Below are positions 1 through 10,379 of a stretch of 64,000 bases of DNA, in pieces. Source of the DNA: Atribacterota bacterium (GTDB lineage: Bacteria > Atribacterota > Phoenicimicrobiia > Phoenicimicrobiales > Stramentimicrobiaceae); contig JAXGNR010000007.1 in assembly GCA_040767965.1 (NCBI GenBank), positions 32,001-96,000 on the forward strand. Direction: 5' to 3'. Position 1 is the first letter of the stretch, and every line of letters starts with the position of its first letter. The notes below the pieces were generated by a model. The model saw only the letters and a list, made by a program, of their open reading frames with translations. It searched no databases and was not told the DNA's origin. The translations under genes were made by a program, and so were the position numbers.

Positions 1-637
1 TTCTTTGGAATCTCTGAACTGTAAGGGGTTTGATATCATATTCTGCCAACGCAGCTACAGTTTCTTCATTTCCACCCTGACCGAATGCTTCATCGCTATA
101 AAGAGCAGCAACTTTAGTATGTCCAAGATCTTCGGCTATAAATTGAGCCATAATTTTAGCAACATTTCTATCGTTGGTCCTCACACCGAACATCCATGGA
201 TTACCAAGTTCTCTTACCGACCAGGCAGAACCACCATAAAGTGTAGGTATTTTTGCTTCTGCTACTAAAGGGTTAAGAGCATGGGCAATTGTACTTCGGG
301 TTGTGATAAAAGCAGCATAAACTTCACGATCATAAGCTAAAATATTATATGCAGAAATTGAACCTGGATTAGTTCCTTGATTATCTTCGTAAACCATCCT
401 TACCGGTATACCATCAATCCCACCATTATCATTTATTTTTTCAACAGCAAGCTCCCATTTTTTTAATTCCTGATCTCCCTGCAAAGCTGTCGGACCAGTT
501 AATTCTAAAGTAGCTCCAATATCAATAAATTCAGGTGCTGGCTGCCAGTTTGATTGGGCAAATACCCCAAATGTATTCAATAAAGCAAAAAGTAAAACTA
601 ACCCTACAATAGAACAATTTCTCAAAAAATTCTTCAT
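1..637 (-). CDS. Branched-chain amino acid type ABC transporter substrate-binding protein (LivJ/LivK-like), runs off window start
   Basis: Not in the ORF track. Manual translation from ATG at 637 (SD AAGGAG upstream) gives MKNFLRNCSIVGLVLLFALLNTFGVFAQ...IDIGATLELTGPTALQG...AVEKINDNGGIDG, i.e. a signal peptide plus periplasmic binding protein type 1 motifs. Confidence 0.85.
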   Translation of the reverse strand, partial: MKNFLRNCSIVGLVLLFALLNTFGVFAQSNWQPAPEFIDIGATLELTGPTALQGDQELKKWELAVEKINDNGGIDGIPVRMVYEDNQGTNPGSISAYNILAYDREVYAAFITTRSTIAHALNPLVAEAKIPTLYGGSAWSVRELGNPWMFGVRTNDRNVAKIMAQFIAEDLGHTKVAALYSDEAFGQGGNEETVAALAEYDIKPLTVQRFQR

Positions 638-1087
638 TTACTATTTCTCCTTTTTTTCTATTACTACAAATGCGTAAAAATACTACAAATGTTACTGTAA
701 ATAATCTTCTTAAAATTATAAAAACAACACAATTAACAAGACTTTTTTCTAGTTTCTTATTATTTTTTTAAACATTTAAATATTTCTGAACATCACCTCC
801 TATTCTATAAGAATCAGGTGTAAATATTTTATGAATATTAGTTCATATTTTTATTTTAACACCTTTTTTAGGTAATTCATTTGGAAATATAAAGAAATAC
901 TTCTTTGAATTTATGTTTGATAAGTATTGTTGTTTTCCGATTATTCTTTTAAGCAATTTATAAAGGTAGCCTCAATTAAGATATTGAAAAAATAAAGATA
1001 AAGTACTGTAAACTAAGAAAATAATTTTGGTCATTTAATTACCAAAGAACTTATCCGCAACATTTTATTATTTAGTAACATGTTTTT

Positions 1088-1116
1088 ATGATACAGATTT
1101 AAAAATATTATGTCAA
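1088..1116 (-). promoter_or_regulatory. Sigma-70/A promoter upstream of the LivJ-like gene
   Basis: TTGACA-17 nt-TATCAT on the minus strand. Confidence 0.6.
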
Positions 1117-1213
1117 TCTTGTTTTTTTACTATTCAACCTGTTTTGTACCACTTAAAATACAAAAATATAAGCCAAAAATACTAAGAATTTATTTAAAAT
1201 TACCATGAAAAAA

Positions 1214-2320
1214 TCAAATATTTTCTTGCAGGATATCTGTTAATGCTTTTATGAAAATTTTATTTTGTGTTTCTGTTCCAATAGTGACCCTGATAAAGGT
1301 GTCTTTTCCCCAGACTTTTCCGGAGCGGACAATAATCCCTTTTTCGGCCAGCTTTTCACAGACCATATCAGCATCTTTTTGAGTATCAGCAAAAATAAAA
1401 TTTGTCTGAGTTTGATGATAAAAGAGGTTTAAGGCAGTAAGCTCCTTATATAAATAATCTTTTCCTTCTCTGTTATTTTGCAGTAATTGATCTCGATAAT
1501 CATTATCATTTATACATGCTCTTGCAGCTGTTTGTGCTAGTCTGTTCACTGAGTAAGGCTGTTGTACTTTTCTTAAGCAATTTACAAATTCAGGCTGTGC
1601 AATACCAAAACCAATCCGTAATCCGGCAATACCGCCAATTTTTGAGAAGGTACGCAAACTGACGATAGGGTTATTTTTTTCTTTAATCAAATTAATGCTA
1701 TTTGGAAAATCTTTGGATTCCACAAAATCAATATAGGCTTCATCCATAACAATTATAATCTTGTCTGATATATTCTCTAAAAATTTTTCCAACTCTTGTT
1801 GAGTAAAAATGGTTCCATCGGGATTATATGGATTACAGAGAAAAATCATTTTTGTTTTTGCATTTGTCTGCCGGGCTATTGTTGGCAAATCTAAAAAACC
1901 TTTTTTTAAAGGAATTTTTATTATTTTTGCTCCATACATGGTACTGGCAATTTCATAAGTCGAAAAACCATATTCACCTAATATAACCTCATCACCTGAA
2001 GAAATAAAACAACCAGTCAGCAAGTATAGTAGTTCATCTCCACCGTTTGTAACAATAACCATATCAGAACTGACTTTATATTTCTGTGCTATTTCTTTTC
2101 GTAACTCTAAACTGCCTCCATCCGGATATTGGTTTATAGTAGTGAGTTCTTTTTTTAAAGCATCTCGAACCTTGGAAGAAGGTTCTAAGACACTTTCATT
2201 AGTAGATAAATTAAACACTTCCAGAAGTTTATATTTTTTTTGCACATCTGCAATTGTTTGACCGGGAGCATATGGTTTTAGTGGTATAATTTCTTTTCTT
2301 ATTAACTTTTCTATAGACAT
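1214..2320 (-). CDS. hisC: Histidinol-phosphate aminotransferase
   Basis: LSTNE, YPD, CNPYNPDG, DEAY and RTFSK (PLP lysine) motifs; last gene of the his operon. Confidence 0.95.
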   Translation of the reverse strand: MSIEKLIRKEIIPLKPYAPGQTIADVQKKYKLLEVFNLSTNESVLEPSSKVRDALKKELTTINQYPDGGSLELRKEIAQKYKVSSDMVIVTNGGDELLYLLTGCFISSGDEVILGEYGFSTYEIASTMYGAKIIKIPLKKGFLDLPTIARQTNAKTKMIFLCNPYNPDGTIFTQQELEKFLENISDKIIIVMDEAYIDFVESKDFPNSINLIKEKNNPIVSLRTFSKIGGIAGLRIGFGIAQPEFVNCLRKVQQPYSVNRLAQTAARACINDNDYRDQLLQNNREGKDYLYKELTALNLFYHQTQTNFIFADTQKDADMVCEKLAEKGIIVRSGKVWGKDTFIRVTIGTETQNKIFIKALTDILQENI

Positions 2321-2343
2321 ATTTATCCTCTTAAGATTGAATA

Positions 2344-3012
2344 TTATTTTCTACGCCGTTTCAATTCTTCCAAAATGGCCTGATATGGGATATCATAATA
2401 TGATAATGCGACTAAAGTGTGAAACCACAAATCTGCTGTTTCATAGATTATCTGACTTTTATCATTATCTTTTAAGGCAATAATAACTTCCGCTGCTTCT
2501 TCTCCTATTTTTTTAGGCATCTTTTCGCCAGGACTGGACATTAAGCGACATACATAAGAGTCTTGGTTAGGATTTTTTTTACGATCATCAAATATTCTTG
2601 ATAATTCATCCAATATATTCTCCTGTTTATTATTATCTTTTTTCTTGTCCTTAAAAACAGAAGAGTTTTTAATTTCTTCACCGCTTAAATTTCGATAAAA
2701 ACAAGTATAATTACCGGTATGACAGGCAACTCCCTTTTGTTCTACCTTAATCAATAAAGTATCATTATCACAATCAATGAGAATTTGCTTTACTTTTTGA
2801 ATATTGCCAGAATTTTCTCCTTTTATCCAGAGCTTTTTCCTGCTCCGGCTATAAAAACAGGTTTGTTTGGTTTGTAAAGTTTTTTTTAATGACAATTCAT
2901 TCATATAAGCAAGCATAAGAACCTCTCCAGAAGATTCATCCTGAACAATTGCTGGGATTAAACCTTCTTGATTATATTTTAATTGATCTATTAAATCTTT
3001 TTTTCTATCCAT
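2344..3012 (-). CDS. hisIE: Bifunctional phosphoribosyl-AMP cyclohydrolase / phosphoribosyl-ATP pyrophosphatase
   Basis: SRSR..LW.KGE.SGN, DCDND, CHTG..TCF, then KIGEEA.E and ETADL.FH. Confidence 0.95.
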   Translation of the reverse strand: MDRKKDLIDQLKYNQEGLIPAIVQDESSGEVLMLAYMNELSLKKTLQTKQTCFYSRSRKKLWIKGENSGNIQKVKQILIDCDNDTLLIKVEQKGVACHTGNYTCFYRNLSGEEIKNSSVFKDKKKDNNKQENILDELSRIFDDRKKNPNQDSYVCRLMSSPGEKMPKKIGEEAAEVIIALKDNDKSQIIYETADLWFHTLVALSYYDIPYQAILEELKRRRK

Positions 3013-3014
3013 AG

Positions 3015-3785
3015 TTATTTCTCCATACGTACGGCAATACCTCTTTTTTTAAGATATTCCTTGACCTGTAAAATGGTGATTTCTTTACGGTGAAATAATG
3101 AGGCTGCCAGAGCAGCATCAGCCTTTCCTTCTACAAACACCTGATAAAAATGTTCTAAACTTCCTGCTCCCCCAGAGGCAATAATAGGGCATTTTGTATT
3201 TTCCACGACCAATCGGGTCAGCTCATTGTCATATCCTTTTTTGGTACCATCACAATCCATGCTGGTCAATAAAATCTCTCCCGCTCCCAATTTTTCTACT
3301 TCTTTAGCCCATTCAATTGCATCTTTGCCGGTAGCCGTTCTACCGCCATGGGTAACAACCTCCCAATGATTATTTTTTTTTACTGCATCAATAGCAACTA
3401 CAATAGTTGAACTTCCAAACTTTAAAGAAGCTTGCCTGATTATTGCTGGGTTTTGTACTGCTGCAGTATTGATAGAAATTTTATCTGCTCCAGCTCTTAG
3501 CAGTTGATAGATGTCATCAAGCTGGCGTACTCCGCCTCCTACGGTAAAAGGTATAAATATTTTTTCTGCAGTTTTACGCACAACATCAATTAATATATTT
3601 CTTTCTTCCCATGATGCCGTAATATCTAAAAAAACCAGCTCATCTGCTTTTTCCTGTTCATAATAAGCAGCTAATTCAACCGGGTCCCCTTCATCAGTTA
3701 AATTAACGAACCGTATTCCTTTTACCACTCGACCAGCTTTTACGTCCAAACAGGGAATAATCCTTTTGGCTAAAGACATTATCAA
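3015..3785 (-). CDS. hisF: Imidazole glycerol phosphate synthase cyclase subunit
   Basis: [31 protein letters not shown]; probable start at 3779. Confidence 0.97.
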   Translation of the reverse strand: MIMSLAKRIIPCLDVKAGRVVKGIRFVNLTDEGDPVELAAYYEQEKADELVFLDITASWEERNILIDVVRKTAEKIFIPFTVGGGVRQLDDIYQLLRAGADKISINTAAVQNPAIIRQASLKFGSSTIVVAIDAVKKNNHWEVVTHGGRTATGKDAIEWAKEVEKLGAGEILLTSMDCDGTKKGYDNELTRLVVENTKCPIIASGGAGSLEHFYQVFVEGKADAALAASLFHRKEITILQVKEYLKKRGIAVRMEK

Positions 3786-4537
3786 GCACCTTCCTTTTTT
3801 TGAAATATATTTATAGCTTCCTCCAGCACAATTTCATTTCTATAGAGCGCTTTACCTATTATTACTCCTTCTAGATTAGAAATACCCAGGCTCTGTAATT
3901 GAAACAAATCTTCCATAGAAGAGACTCCTCCAGAGGAAATAATTTTCATTTTGCTGGCTAAAGCGACTTTTTTAATCATATCAATATTAAGACCACTCAT
4001 CATTCCATCACGATGAATATCGGTATAAATTATTCTTTGCAGTCCCATCATATTAAGATTATGAATAAATTGCTCTACTGGTTTTTCAATCTTTTGAACC
4101 CAGCCATGAATTGCAATATTATCATTCTTTACATCAATCCCGGCAATTAAATGTTTTCCAAACTTTTTAAGCAGATATTCTATTTCTTTTTCTCCTTTTT
4201 CCAGCAAAGCTGACCCCAACACAATACGCTTTACTCCAATATCAAGATATTGTTCAATTGTTTTTTCTTGCCGGATCCCTCCTCCCACCTGGATTGGAAT
4301 AGATAACTCCCGGGCTATTTTTTTGATAATTTTAAAATGAACCGGTTTTCCCTGAAAGGCACCATCTAAATCTACTACATGTATCAATCCGGCACCTTTT
4401 TCTTCCCATTTTTTAGCAACAACCAATGGGTCATCGAAAAATACTTCTACATTCTCTATTTTCCCCTGTGATAAACGTACACATTTATTGTCTTTTATAT
4501 CAATTGCTGGAATTATAATCAAAACAAATCTCTCCAA
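3782..4537 (-). CDS. hisA: ProFAR isomerase
   Basis: [28 protein letters not shown]; probable TTG start near 4522. Confidence 0.95.
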   Translation of the reverse strand: MERFVLIIIPAIDIKDNKCVRLSQGKIENVEVFFDDPLVVAKKWEEKGAGLIHVVDLDGAFQGKPVHFKIIKKIARELSIPIQVGGGIRQEKTIEQYLDIGVKRIVLGSALLEKGEKEIEYLLKKFGKHLIAGIDVKNDNIAIHGWVQKIEKPVEQFIHNLNMMGLQRIIYTDIHRDGMMSGLNIDMIKKVALASKMKIISSGGVSSMEDLFQLQSLGISNLEGVIIGKALYRNEIVLEEAINIFQKKEGA

Positions 4538-5168
4538 AATTTTTTAATAGTTTTAAACCCTGTTTACTACTTTTTTCAGGGTGAAACTGAACACCAAATA
4601 TATTTTCTTTTGCAATAACAGATGTGAATTTTTGATGATATTCAGTCTTTGCCTTTACAATAGTACCAATTTCCGGAACACAGTAGTACGAGTGTACAAA
4701 ATAAAAGTAGCTGTTATCAGAGATTCCACGAAATATTAAATCATCGGTGGTATTAGTCGTATTTTCCCCTTCAAGAGTACAGTATTTTACCTGATTCCAT
4801 CCCAAGTGAGGAACTCTTAATGTCTGCGGAAAACGGGTTACCCGACCTGGTATAATCCCTAATCCCTGATAAAGACCATGTTCTTCACCATATTCAAATA
4901 AAAGCTGCATTCCAAGACATATCCCTAAAAAAGGTTTTCCTTCTTTAATTATTTCCTTTAATAATAAATCTAATTTTTTCTTTCTCAATACCTCTATCCC
5001 ATCCTGGAAAGCTCCAACTCCTGGCAGGATAACACCTATAGATTCTCTTATCTCATCCAAATCTGCACTTATTTTTACTGAAAAACCTAAATGATTTAAA
5101 GCATGCAATACACTTTTTGTATTACCTAAATAATAATCAATTATTATAATTTTTTTATCTTTTTTCAT
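4500..5168 (-). CDS. hisH: Imidazole glycerol phosphate synthase glutaminase subunit
   Basis: PGVG, GICLG, YFVHSY and QFHPEKS triad motifs. Confidence 0.96.
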   Translation of the reverse strand: MKKDKKIIIIDYYLGNTKSVLHALNHLGFSVKISADLDEIRESIGVILPGVGAFQDGIEVLRKKKLDLLLKEIIKEGKPFLGICLGMQLLFEYGEEHGLYQGLGIIPGRVTRFPQTLRVPHLGWNQVKYCTLEGENTTNTTDDLIFRGISDNSYFYFVHSYYCVPEIGTIVKAKTEYHQKFTSVIAKENIFGVQFHPEKSSKQGLKLLKNFGEICFDYNSSN

Positions 5169-5169
5169 A

Positions 5170-5772
5170 TTATGCCAGCATACCTTTAGAAGAAGGGATT
5201 CCCCCTTCTAATCTTCTTTCTTCTCTAACAGCCTGGTCTAAAGCCCTGGCAAATCCTTTAAAAATGGCTTCTAGAATATGATGGGTATTTTCTCCTGAGA
5301 GTAAATCAATATGCAAAGTAATCCCACTTTCATAAGCAAGTGCAAGGAAAAATTCTTGCCAAACTTCTCCATCGATATTACCAATTCTGTTAATTTTTTC
5401 TTTTGGTATTCTATAAAAAAGTCTTCCCCTGCCACTGATGTCAAGGGAAATTCTAACCAGGGATTCATCCATTGGCAATAGGAAATATCCATATCTCTTG
5501 ATCCCTTTTTTATTTCCCAGAGCTTCCCTAATAGCCCTTCCCAGGCATATTCCAAGATCTTCCAGAGAATGATGAGCATCAATTTCCAGATCTCCTTGTA
5601 AACTGACTTCCAAATCGAAAAAGCCGTGTTTGCAGAACAAGGTTAACATATGATTTAAGAAGGGGATTTCACTTTTGATTTTATCTTTTCCATTCCCATC
5701 CAGGTTTATTTTAACCATAATTTCCGTTTCCGTAGTTTTTCTTTTAATAATGGCAATTCTTTCTTTAAACAT
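5170..5772 (-). CDS. hisB: Imidazoleglycerol-phosphate dehydratase (monofunctional)
   Basis: RKT.ET, DAHHSLED, NTHHILEA.FK, PSSKG; no N-terminal phosphatase domain. Confidence 0.96.
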   Translation of the reverse strand: MFKERIAIIKRKTTETEIMVKINLDGNGKDKIKSEIPFLNHMLTLFCKHGFFDLEVSLQGDLEIDAHHSLEDLGICLGRAIREALGNKKGIKRYGYFLLPMDESLVRISLDISGRGRLFYRIPKEKINRIGNIDGEVWQEFFLALAYESGITLHIDLLSGENTHHILEAIFKGFARALDQAVREERRLEGGIPSSKGMLA

Positions 5773-5824
5773 TATTCACACCCCCATGCTTACTGGTTTA
5801 TTATCCAATTTTCCCGGCTTAGCA

Positions 5825-6814
5825 TTATATAAATTCTATTATTTTATTAACATTTCCTGCTATTATATCAACATTTTTTTTCATAAATATTTTCTTCTTT
5901 TCCGTAAAAGATTCTAAGGTGCTATCTCCAATTACAATTGCTGATAAAAATTTTTGTTTTTTTAAAAAACTATTTAAATTTATTACTGTTAACAGGTCAT
6001 CCATGGTATCTCCAATAAAAAGACCGGTTTTTGTTGCAAATTTATCAACGAAATATTTTAATCCTTCAGGAGAAGGCTTGTTCATACCATCATCAGAAGT
6101 TACCGTCATTGAAGGATCTAACCAGGAATCCCATCCTATCTTTTTTATAATATAATTTGCCTCAGTTCGGTTGCGTCCGGATAATATTCCTATTTTATAA
6201 TTTACTAGTTTGTTTTTTGCACTTGAAGCAATTATTATTTTTTCTTTTGCAATATTGCCACTTTTTTTAAAGGCAATGCTTGGTTGAAATCCATATAATT
6301 CAAAGCAATCTGCTTCTCCTGCATAATATTCTCTGGCAATTTGGAATATCTTCTCTTTATCCCATTTTTGAAGAATTCCTGCATAATTCTGTGTATTGTT
6401 TCTTAGCCAATCAAGCATGCTGGTAATTCCTCTACCATCAGCTAAATTATCTCTTGCAAAATTATTTATATAAGGTTTTTTTTCTATCAAATCTTTCGCA
6501 TTTTTCAGCTTATATTTTTCCATTTTCCATAAGTAGAATAAAATAATCGTTGCAGTTAGCTCCCAATCATCATTAAAACCACCAATCAGTTTAAAAGATG
6601 CTACAGTTTCTTTATTAACAATTTTTTCTTCCGCGGGGATATTTAATATTCTTTGAAAATAGTGCTGAACAGTTTCTATTATTGTTTGATGAAAAGATTG
6701 AGAAACATCCACCAGCACACCATCTACATCAAAAATAATTGTATCTATTTCTGAAACCAAAGAACAGATTTCTTCTCTGATAAGTAATTTTTCTTTTTGT
6801 ATATAATTTTCCAT
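5825..6814 (-). CDS. HAD-superfamily hydrolase, putative histidinol-phosphate phosphatase
   Basis: FDVDGVL (motif I), SGR, KPSP and GDT.DD (motif IV); lies between hisD and hisB. Confidence 0.7.
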   Translation of the reverse strand: MENYIQKEKLLIREEICSLVSEIDTIIFDVDGVLVDVSQSFHQTIIETVQHYFQRILNIPAEEKIVNKETVASFKLIGGFNDDWELTATIILFYLWKMEKYKLKNAKDLIEKKPYINNFARDNLADGRGITSMLDWLRNNTQNYAGILQKWDKEKIFQIAREYYAGEADCFELYGFQPSIAFKKSGNIAKEKIIIASSAKNKLVNYKIGILSGRNRTEANYIIKKIGWDSWLDPSMTVTSDDGMNKPSPEGLKYFVDKFATKTGLFIGDTMDDLLTVINLNSFLKKQKFLSAIVIGDSTLESFTEKKKIFMKKNVDIIAGNVNKIIEFI

Positions 6815-6855
6815 TTAATGCCTTTTCGTTTCTGATTAATTCTGATTAATAATGA

Positions 6856-8154
6856 TTATTTTCTTATTCTGGCAGCATATGCATGAGCAGACAAACCCTC
6901 AAGTTCGGCAAAAAGAGCAATTTTCTCTTTTTCCTGAATAAATCTGTCTTTACAGCAATAAAGAAGGCTACTTCTTTTTAAAAAATCCTGTACTGATAAT
7001 ACTGAGAACTGACGGGCTCCTCCCATGGTTGGTAAAATATGATTAGGGCCTGCCCAGTAATCTCCCAAAGATTCGGGACAATATGAGCCTAAAAAAATAG
7101 CTCCAAAATTTTTTATCTCCCCTAAATAAGACCATGGATCTTTTAATTGTAATTCTAAATGCTCAGGAGCAATTTCATTAATTAAGTCTATTACAAGTTT
7201 TCTATTTTTTGCTACAAATATTTTACCATTCTTTTTTAGTGAATCAGAAATAATATTACTTCTATTAAAATTCACTATCTGTTCATCAGCTATTCTGGAT
7301 ACTGTTTGCGCTAGCTGTTCAGATGTAGTAACAAGAATTGCTCTTGCCTCCTGGTCATGTTCAGCCTGGGAAAATAAATCGGCTACTATATAATCGGGAT
7401 TGGCTTCTTCGTCTGCCCAAATTAATATTTCACTTGGACCAGCCAGCATATCTATGTCAACTTGTCCAAAGACCAGTTTTTTGGCAATAGTTACATAAAT
7501 ATTTCCAGGACCAACAATTTTATCTACCGGGCTAATAGACTTGGTACCATAAGCAAGAGCAGCAATAGCCTGTGCACCTCCAATTTTATAGACACTGGAA
7601 ATCCCCAAGGCACGTGCTGTCATTAACAAGTAAGGAGATATCTGAGGTCTTTTCCCAACAGGAGTGACTACACTTATTTCTTTAACCCCAGCTACAATTG
7701 CAGGAACTGCCCCCATGATAAGCGAAGAAGGGTATTCTGCTTTTCCTCCAGGCACATAAACTCCAACTTTTTCCAATGGACGAATTATCTGCCCTAAAAT
7801 AATACCTTCTTCCTGGGGTGAAATCCATGATTTTTCCAGTTGTGCCTGGTGGTATTTTTTTATCTTGTCTATTGCTTCTTCAATAATAAGAAAAAGATTT
7901 TTGTCGATCTGCTTTTCAGCTTGCTTAAATTCATCTTCTGTCACAGCCAATTGATTTATCTGTAGTTTGTTTTTATCCAGGAGTCTGGTAATTTCAACAA
8001 GCCCTTTGTCACCCTCAGTTTTAATTTTTTCAATAATTTCTTTTACTTTTTTTTCTATCTCCGGTAAAAAAAAGGAATGATTTTTATTTTTGATTTCATT
8101 TAAAATATTTAGTTTATTATCATTGTTATAGTCAATTATTTTTAACAATTCCAT
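6856..8154 (-). CDS. hisD: Histidinol dehydrogenase
   Basis: YVPGG, GGAQAI, GPGN.YV, AGPSE, QAEHD, APEHLEL, GDY.AGPNH.LPT; ATG at 8154 abuts the hisG stop. Confidence 0.96.
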   Translation of the reverse strand: MELLKIIDYNNDNKLNILNEIKNKNHSFFLPEIEKKVKEIIEKIKTEGDKGLVEITRLLDKNKLQINQLAVTEDEFKQAEKQIDKNLFLIIEEAIDKIKKYHQAQLEKSWISPQEEGIILGQIIRPLEKVGVYVPGGKAEYPSSLIMGAVPAIVAGVKEISVVTPVGKRPQISPYLLMTARALGISSVYKIGGAQAIAALAYGTKSISPVDKIVGPGNIYVTIAKKLVFGQVDIDMLAGPSEILIWADEEANPDYIVADLFSQAEHDQEARAILVTTSEQLAQTVSRIADEQIVNFNRSNIISDSLKKNGKIFVAKNRKLVIDLINEIAPEHLELQLKDPWSYLGEIKNFGAIFLGSYCPESLGDYWAGPNHILPTMGGARQFSVLSVQDFLKRSSLLYCCKDRFIQEKEKIALFAELEGLSAHAYAARIRK

Positions 8155-8155
8155 T

Positions 8156-8857
8156 CTATATCCTCTTGCCTTCACACTTATTATTTTTTCTAGCAATCGC
8201 TTCCTTTAAAGCTTCTATGAGATGTTGAATTTCTTTATGTTTTGTCTTATAGCTTATCCGATTTGTAATTAACCTTGCACTAATGGTTGTAATTTCATCT
8301 AAAATATTTAAATTATTTTCTTTTAATGTTTTTCCGGTAGATACCAGATCAACGATAAAATCTGCCAGTCCTACCTGAGGCGCCAGTTCTATGGAACCGC
8401 AAAGTGGTACAATTTCTCCGTGCAAACCTTTTTTTCTGCAATAATAATTGCTGATATTTGGATATTTGGTAGCAATCTTAACCGGGAAGTATTGTTTTAA
8501 TTCATTCAAAAATATTTCTTTGGATTTAGTGCCAGCTAAAACTATTTTACATCTGCCTAATTCCAAATCTAGCAATTCATATACATCTTTCTTTTCTTCT
8601 AAAAGAATATCTTTTCCAACCACTCCTACATCGGCAACTCCACATTCTACATAAGTAGAATTATCTTTAGGTTTTGTAATGATGAACCGATAGTTCTTTT
8701 TTTCATTATAAAAAACTAAATGTCTATCTTTTTTAAGATTGTAGCTTATTGAACCAAAATAGCCTGATTCTTCAAATAAATTTATGATTGATTGAAATAA
8801 TCTTCCACTTGGCAATGCTATGGTCATTATGTGAGAATTATTTATTATCTCATTCAT
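8156..8857 (-). CDS. hisG: ATP phosphoribosyltransferase, short form
   Basis: IALP.GRL, GKD.LLE, IATKYP, GSIELAP..GLAD.IVDLV.TG.TL. Confidence 0.95.
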   Translation of the reverse strand: MNEIINNSHIMTIALPSGRLFQSIINLFEESGYFGSISYNLKKDRHLVFYNEKKNYRFIITKPKDNSTYVECGVADVGVVGKDILLEEKKDVYELLDLELGRCKIVLAGTKSKEIFLNELKQYFPVKIATKYPNISNYYCRKKGLHGEIVPLCGSIELAPQVGLADFIVDLVSTGKTLKENNLNILDEITTISARLITNRISYKTKHKEIQHLIEALKEAIARKNNKCEGKRI

Positions 8858-10119
8858 GAAATATCCCTTTCTGCTGTATTTTCTTGCAAATCATTTTTAG
8901 TAACCTTATCAGGGTTTTGAGCTTCTATTTCAATTAGATAACGGATTTTCTTACGGTAAGCATATTGTATGGAATCCTCTTTTGACCGATCAAAATCCAA
9001 CTCGAATTCTACCAAACATCCTTTTCTTCTTAAATTTTCTGCCAAGCTAAAAGCTGATTTTATTAGACATTCCGGAAATCTAATAAAATACTTTTTAGCA
9101 TCTAATTGATGATTCAGCAAACTCTCTTTCTGCCTTAAAACTGTTAATAACCTTTCTATACCTATAGCAATCCCGGTAGAAGGTATATTTTTACCAAAAT
9201 TTTGGCATAAAGAATCATAACGACCACCACCGCAAATAGCAGACCCTGACTGACTTGTATATCCTTCAAAAATTATTCCAGTGTAATAATCAAAATCACG
9301 GATAATTCCTAAATCAATTAAAATATATTTATCTAATCCGAATATTTTTAAATAGTTATAAACTTCTTTTATTTCCTGCAAAGCAGCTAATGCTATTTTG
9401 TTTTTTTTGACAAATGTTTTTTCTGCATCAAAAATAACACTATCATCCCCTCGCCAATGCGGCAGACACAGGATTATTTTTTGCTCATCCCGAGTAAGTC
9501 CGCAGCCGGATAATAGATTTTCCAGTAAAACAAAATCTTTATTCATAACTGTTTTTCTTAATTTGTATTTTTGATCAATGGTTAGAGGCAATTGATTTGT
9601 AACAGCGTTAAAAAACTTTGCACTTCCAATATCAATAAAAAATTCATCCAGGCCACTGTTTAATATAGACTGAATAGCTACTGCTATAATTTCAGCATCC
9701 GCCAATCTGCTATCCAATCCTAATAATTCGATTCCAGCCTGGTGAAATTCTTGTTGCTCGTCTGTTTGGGTGTTAATTTTACGGAATACATTGTTCAGAT
9801 AATAAAACTTTTTAAACCCTTCCCTTTTTATATTCAATTTAGTGGCTGCAACTCGAGCAATCGGAGTAGTCATGTCAGGGCGTAATACAACTATTTCTCC
9901 ATCAACATTAAGGAATTTAAACATTTTATCCTTTAAACCAGGGCCGATACCTTTTGTTAAAATATCATAATACTCTAATGTTGGAGTATCAATCTCCTGA
10001 TATCCCCATTGTCGAAACACCTGTGTTAATTTATTTTCACATGCCCTTCTGCTTTCCATCTCTTCAGGCAAGGTATCCTGGAAGCCTTTTATTATATTCA
10101 TAGCAATCCTTTTTATCAT
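8854..10119 (-). CDS. hisZ: ATP phosphoribosyltransferase regulatory subunit
   Basis: HisRS-like fold (LRPDMT.PIAR, EF.Q.G.E, YYTG..F, GGGRYD); adjacent to short hisG; probable start at 10101. Confidence 0.93.
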   Translation of the reverse strand: MIKRIAMNIIKGFQDTLPEEMESRRACENKLTQVFRQWGYQEIDTPTLEYYDILTKGIGPGLKDKMFKFLNVDGEIVVLRPDMTTPIARVAATKLNIKREGFKKFYYLNNVFRKINTQTDEQQEFHQAGIELLGLDSRLADAEIIAVAIQSILNSGLDEFFIDIGSAKFFNAVTNQLPLTIDQKYKLRKTVMNKDFVLLENLLSGCGLTRDEQKIILCLPHWRGDDSVIFDAEKTFVKKNKIALAALQEIKEVYNYLKIFGLDKYILIDLGIIRDFDYYTGIIFEGYTSQSGSAICGGGRYDSLCQNFGKNIPSTGIAIGIERLLTVLRQKESLLNHQLDAKKYFIRFPECLIKSAFSLAENLRRKGCLVEFELDFDRSKEDSIQYAYRKKIRYLIEIEAQNPDKVTKNDLQENTAERDIS

Positions 10120-10204
10120 CTTATTTTTCTATTTTCCATTTTCATTTAATATTTTATTTATTTAAATCTTTACCTTATTAAATACCTAAATATAAATTAA
10201 AGAA

Positions 10205-10233
10205 AGTATATCATCTATCATTTAAAAGGTCAA
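10205..10233 (-). promoter_or_regulatory. Sigma-70/A promoter of the his operon
   Basis: TTGACC-17 nt-TATACT with extended TGn. Confidence 0.65.
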
Positions 10234-10379
10234 CAATAAAATTGATATTTGGATTGAATAAAATATTTCAATAATGTTTGTAGTTTTAACAATGATTGGT
10301 GTCTATTATTGAATGAGGATAGATTAGATGGGAATCCTAAAAATTATATTTTTATATTTATGTTGTCTTTGTATTGGCA

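Noticed and set aside
5-268. 87-aa plus-strand ORF
   Set aside because: Antisense shadow of the minus-strand LivJ-like CDS (1-637)
638-1213. T-box or known riboswitch before the amino-acid transporter
   Set aside because: No T-box GGTGGNACC-type motif or recognisable aptamer on the coding strand
10120-10204. His leader peptide or attenuator
   Set aside because: The only short ORF (MKMENRKIR) has no His codons, and no terminator stem is visible
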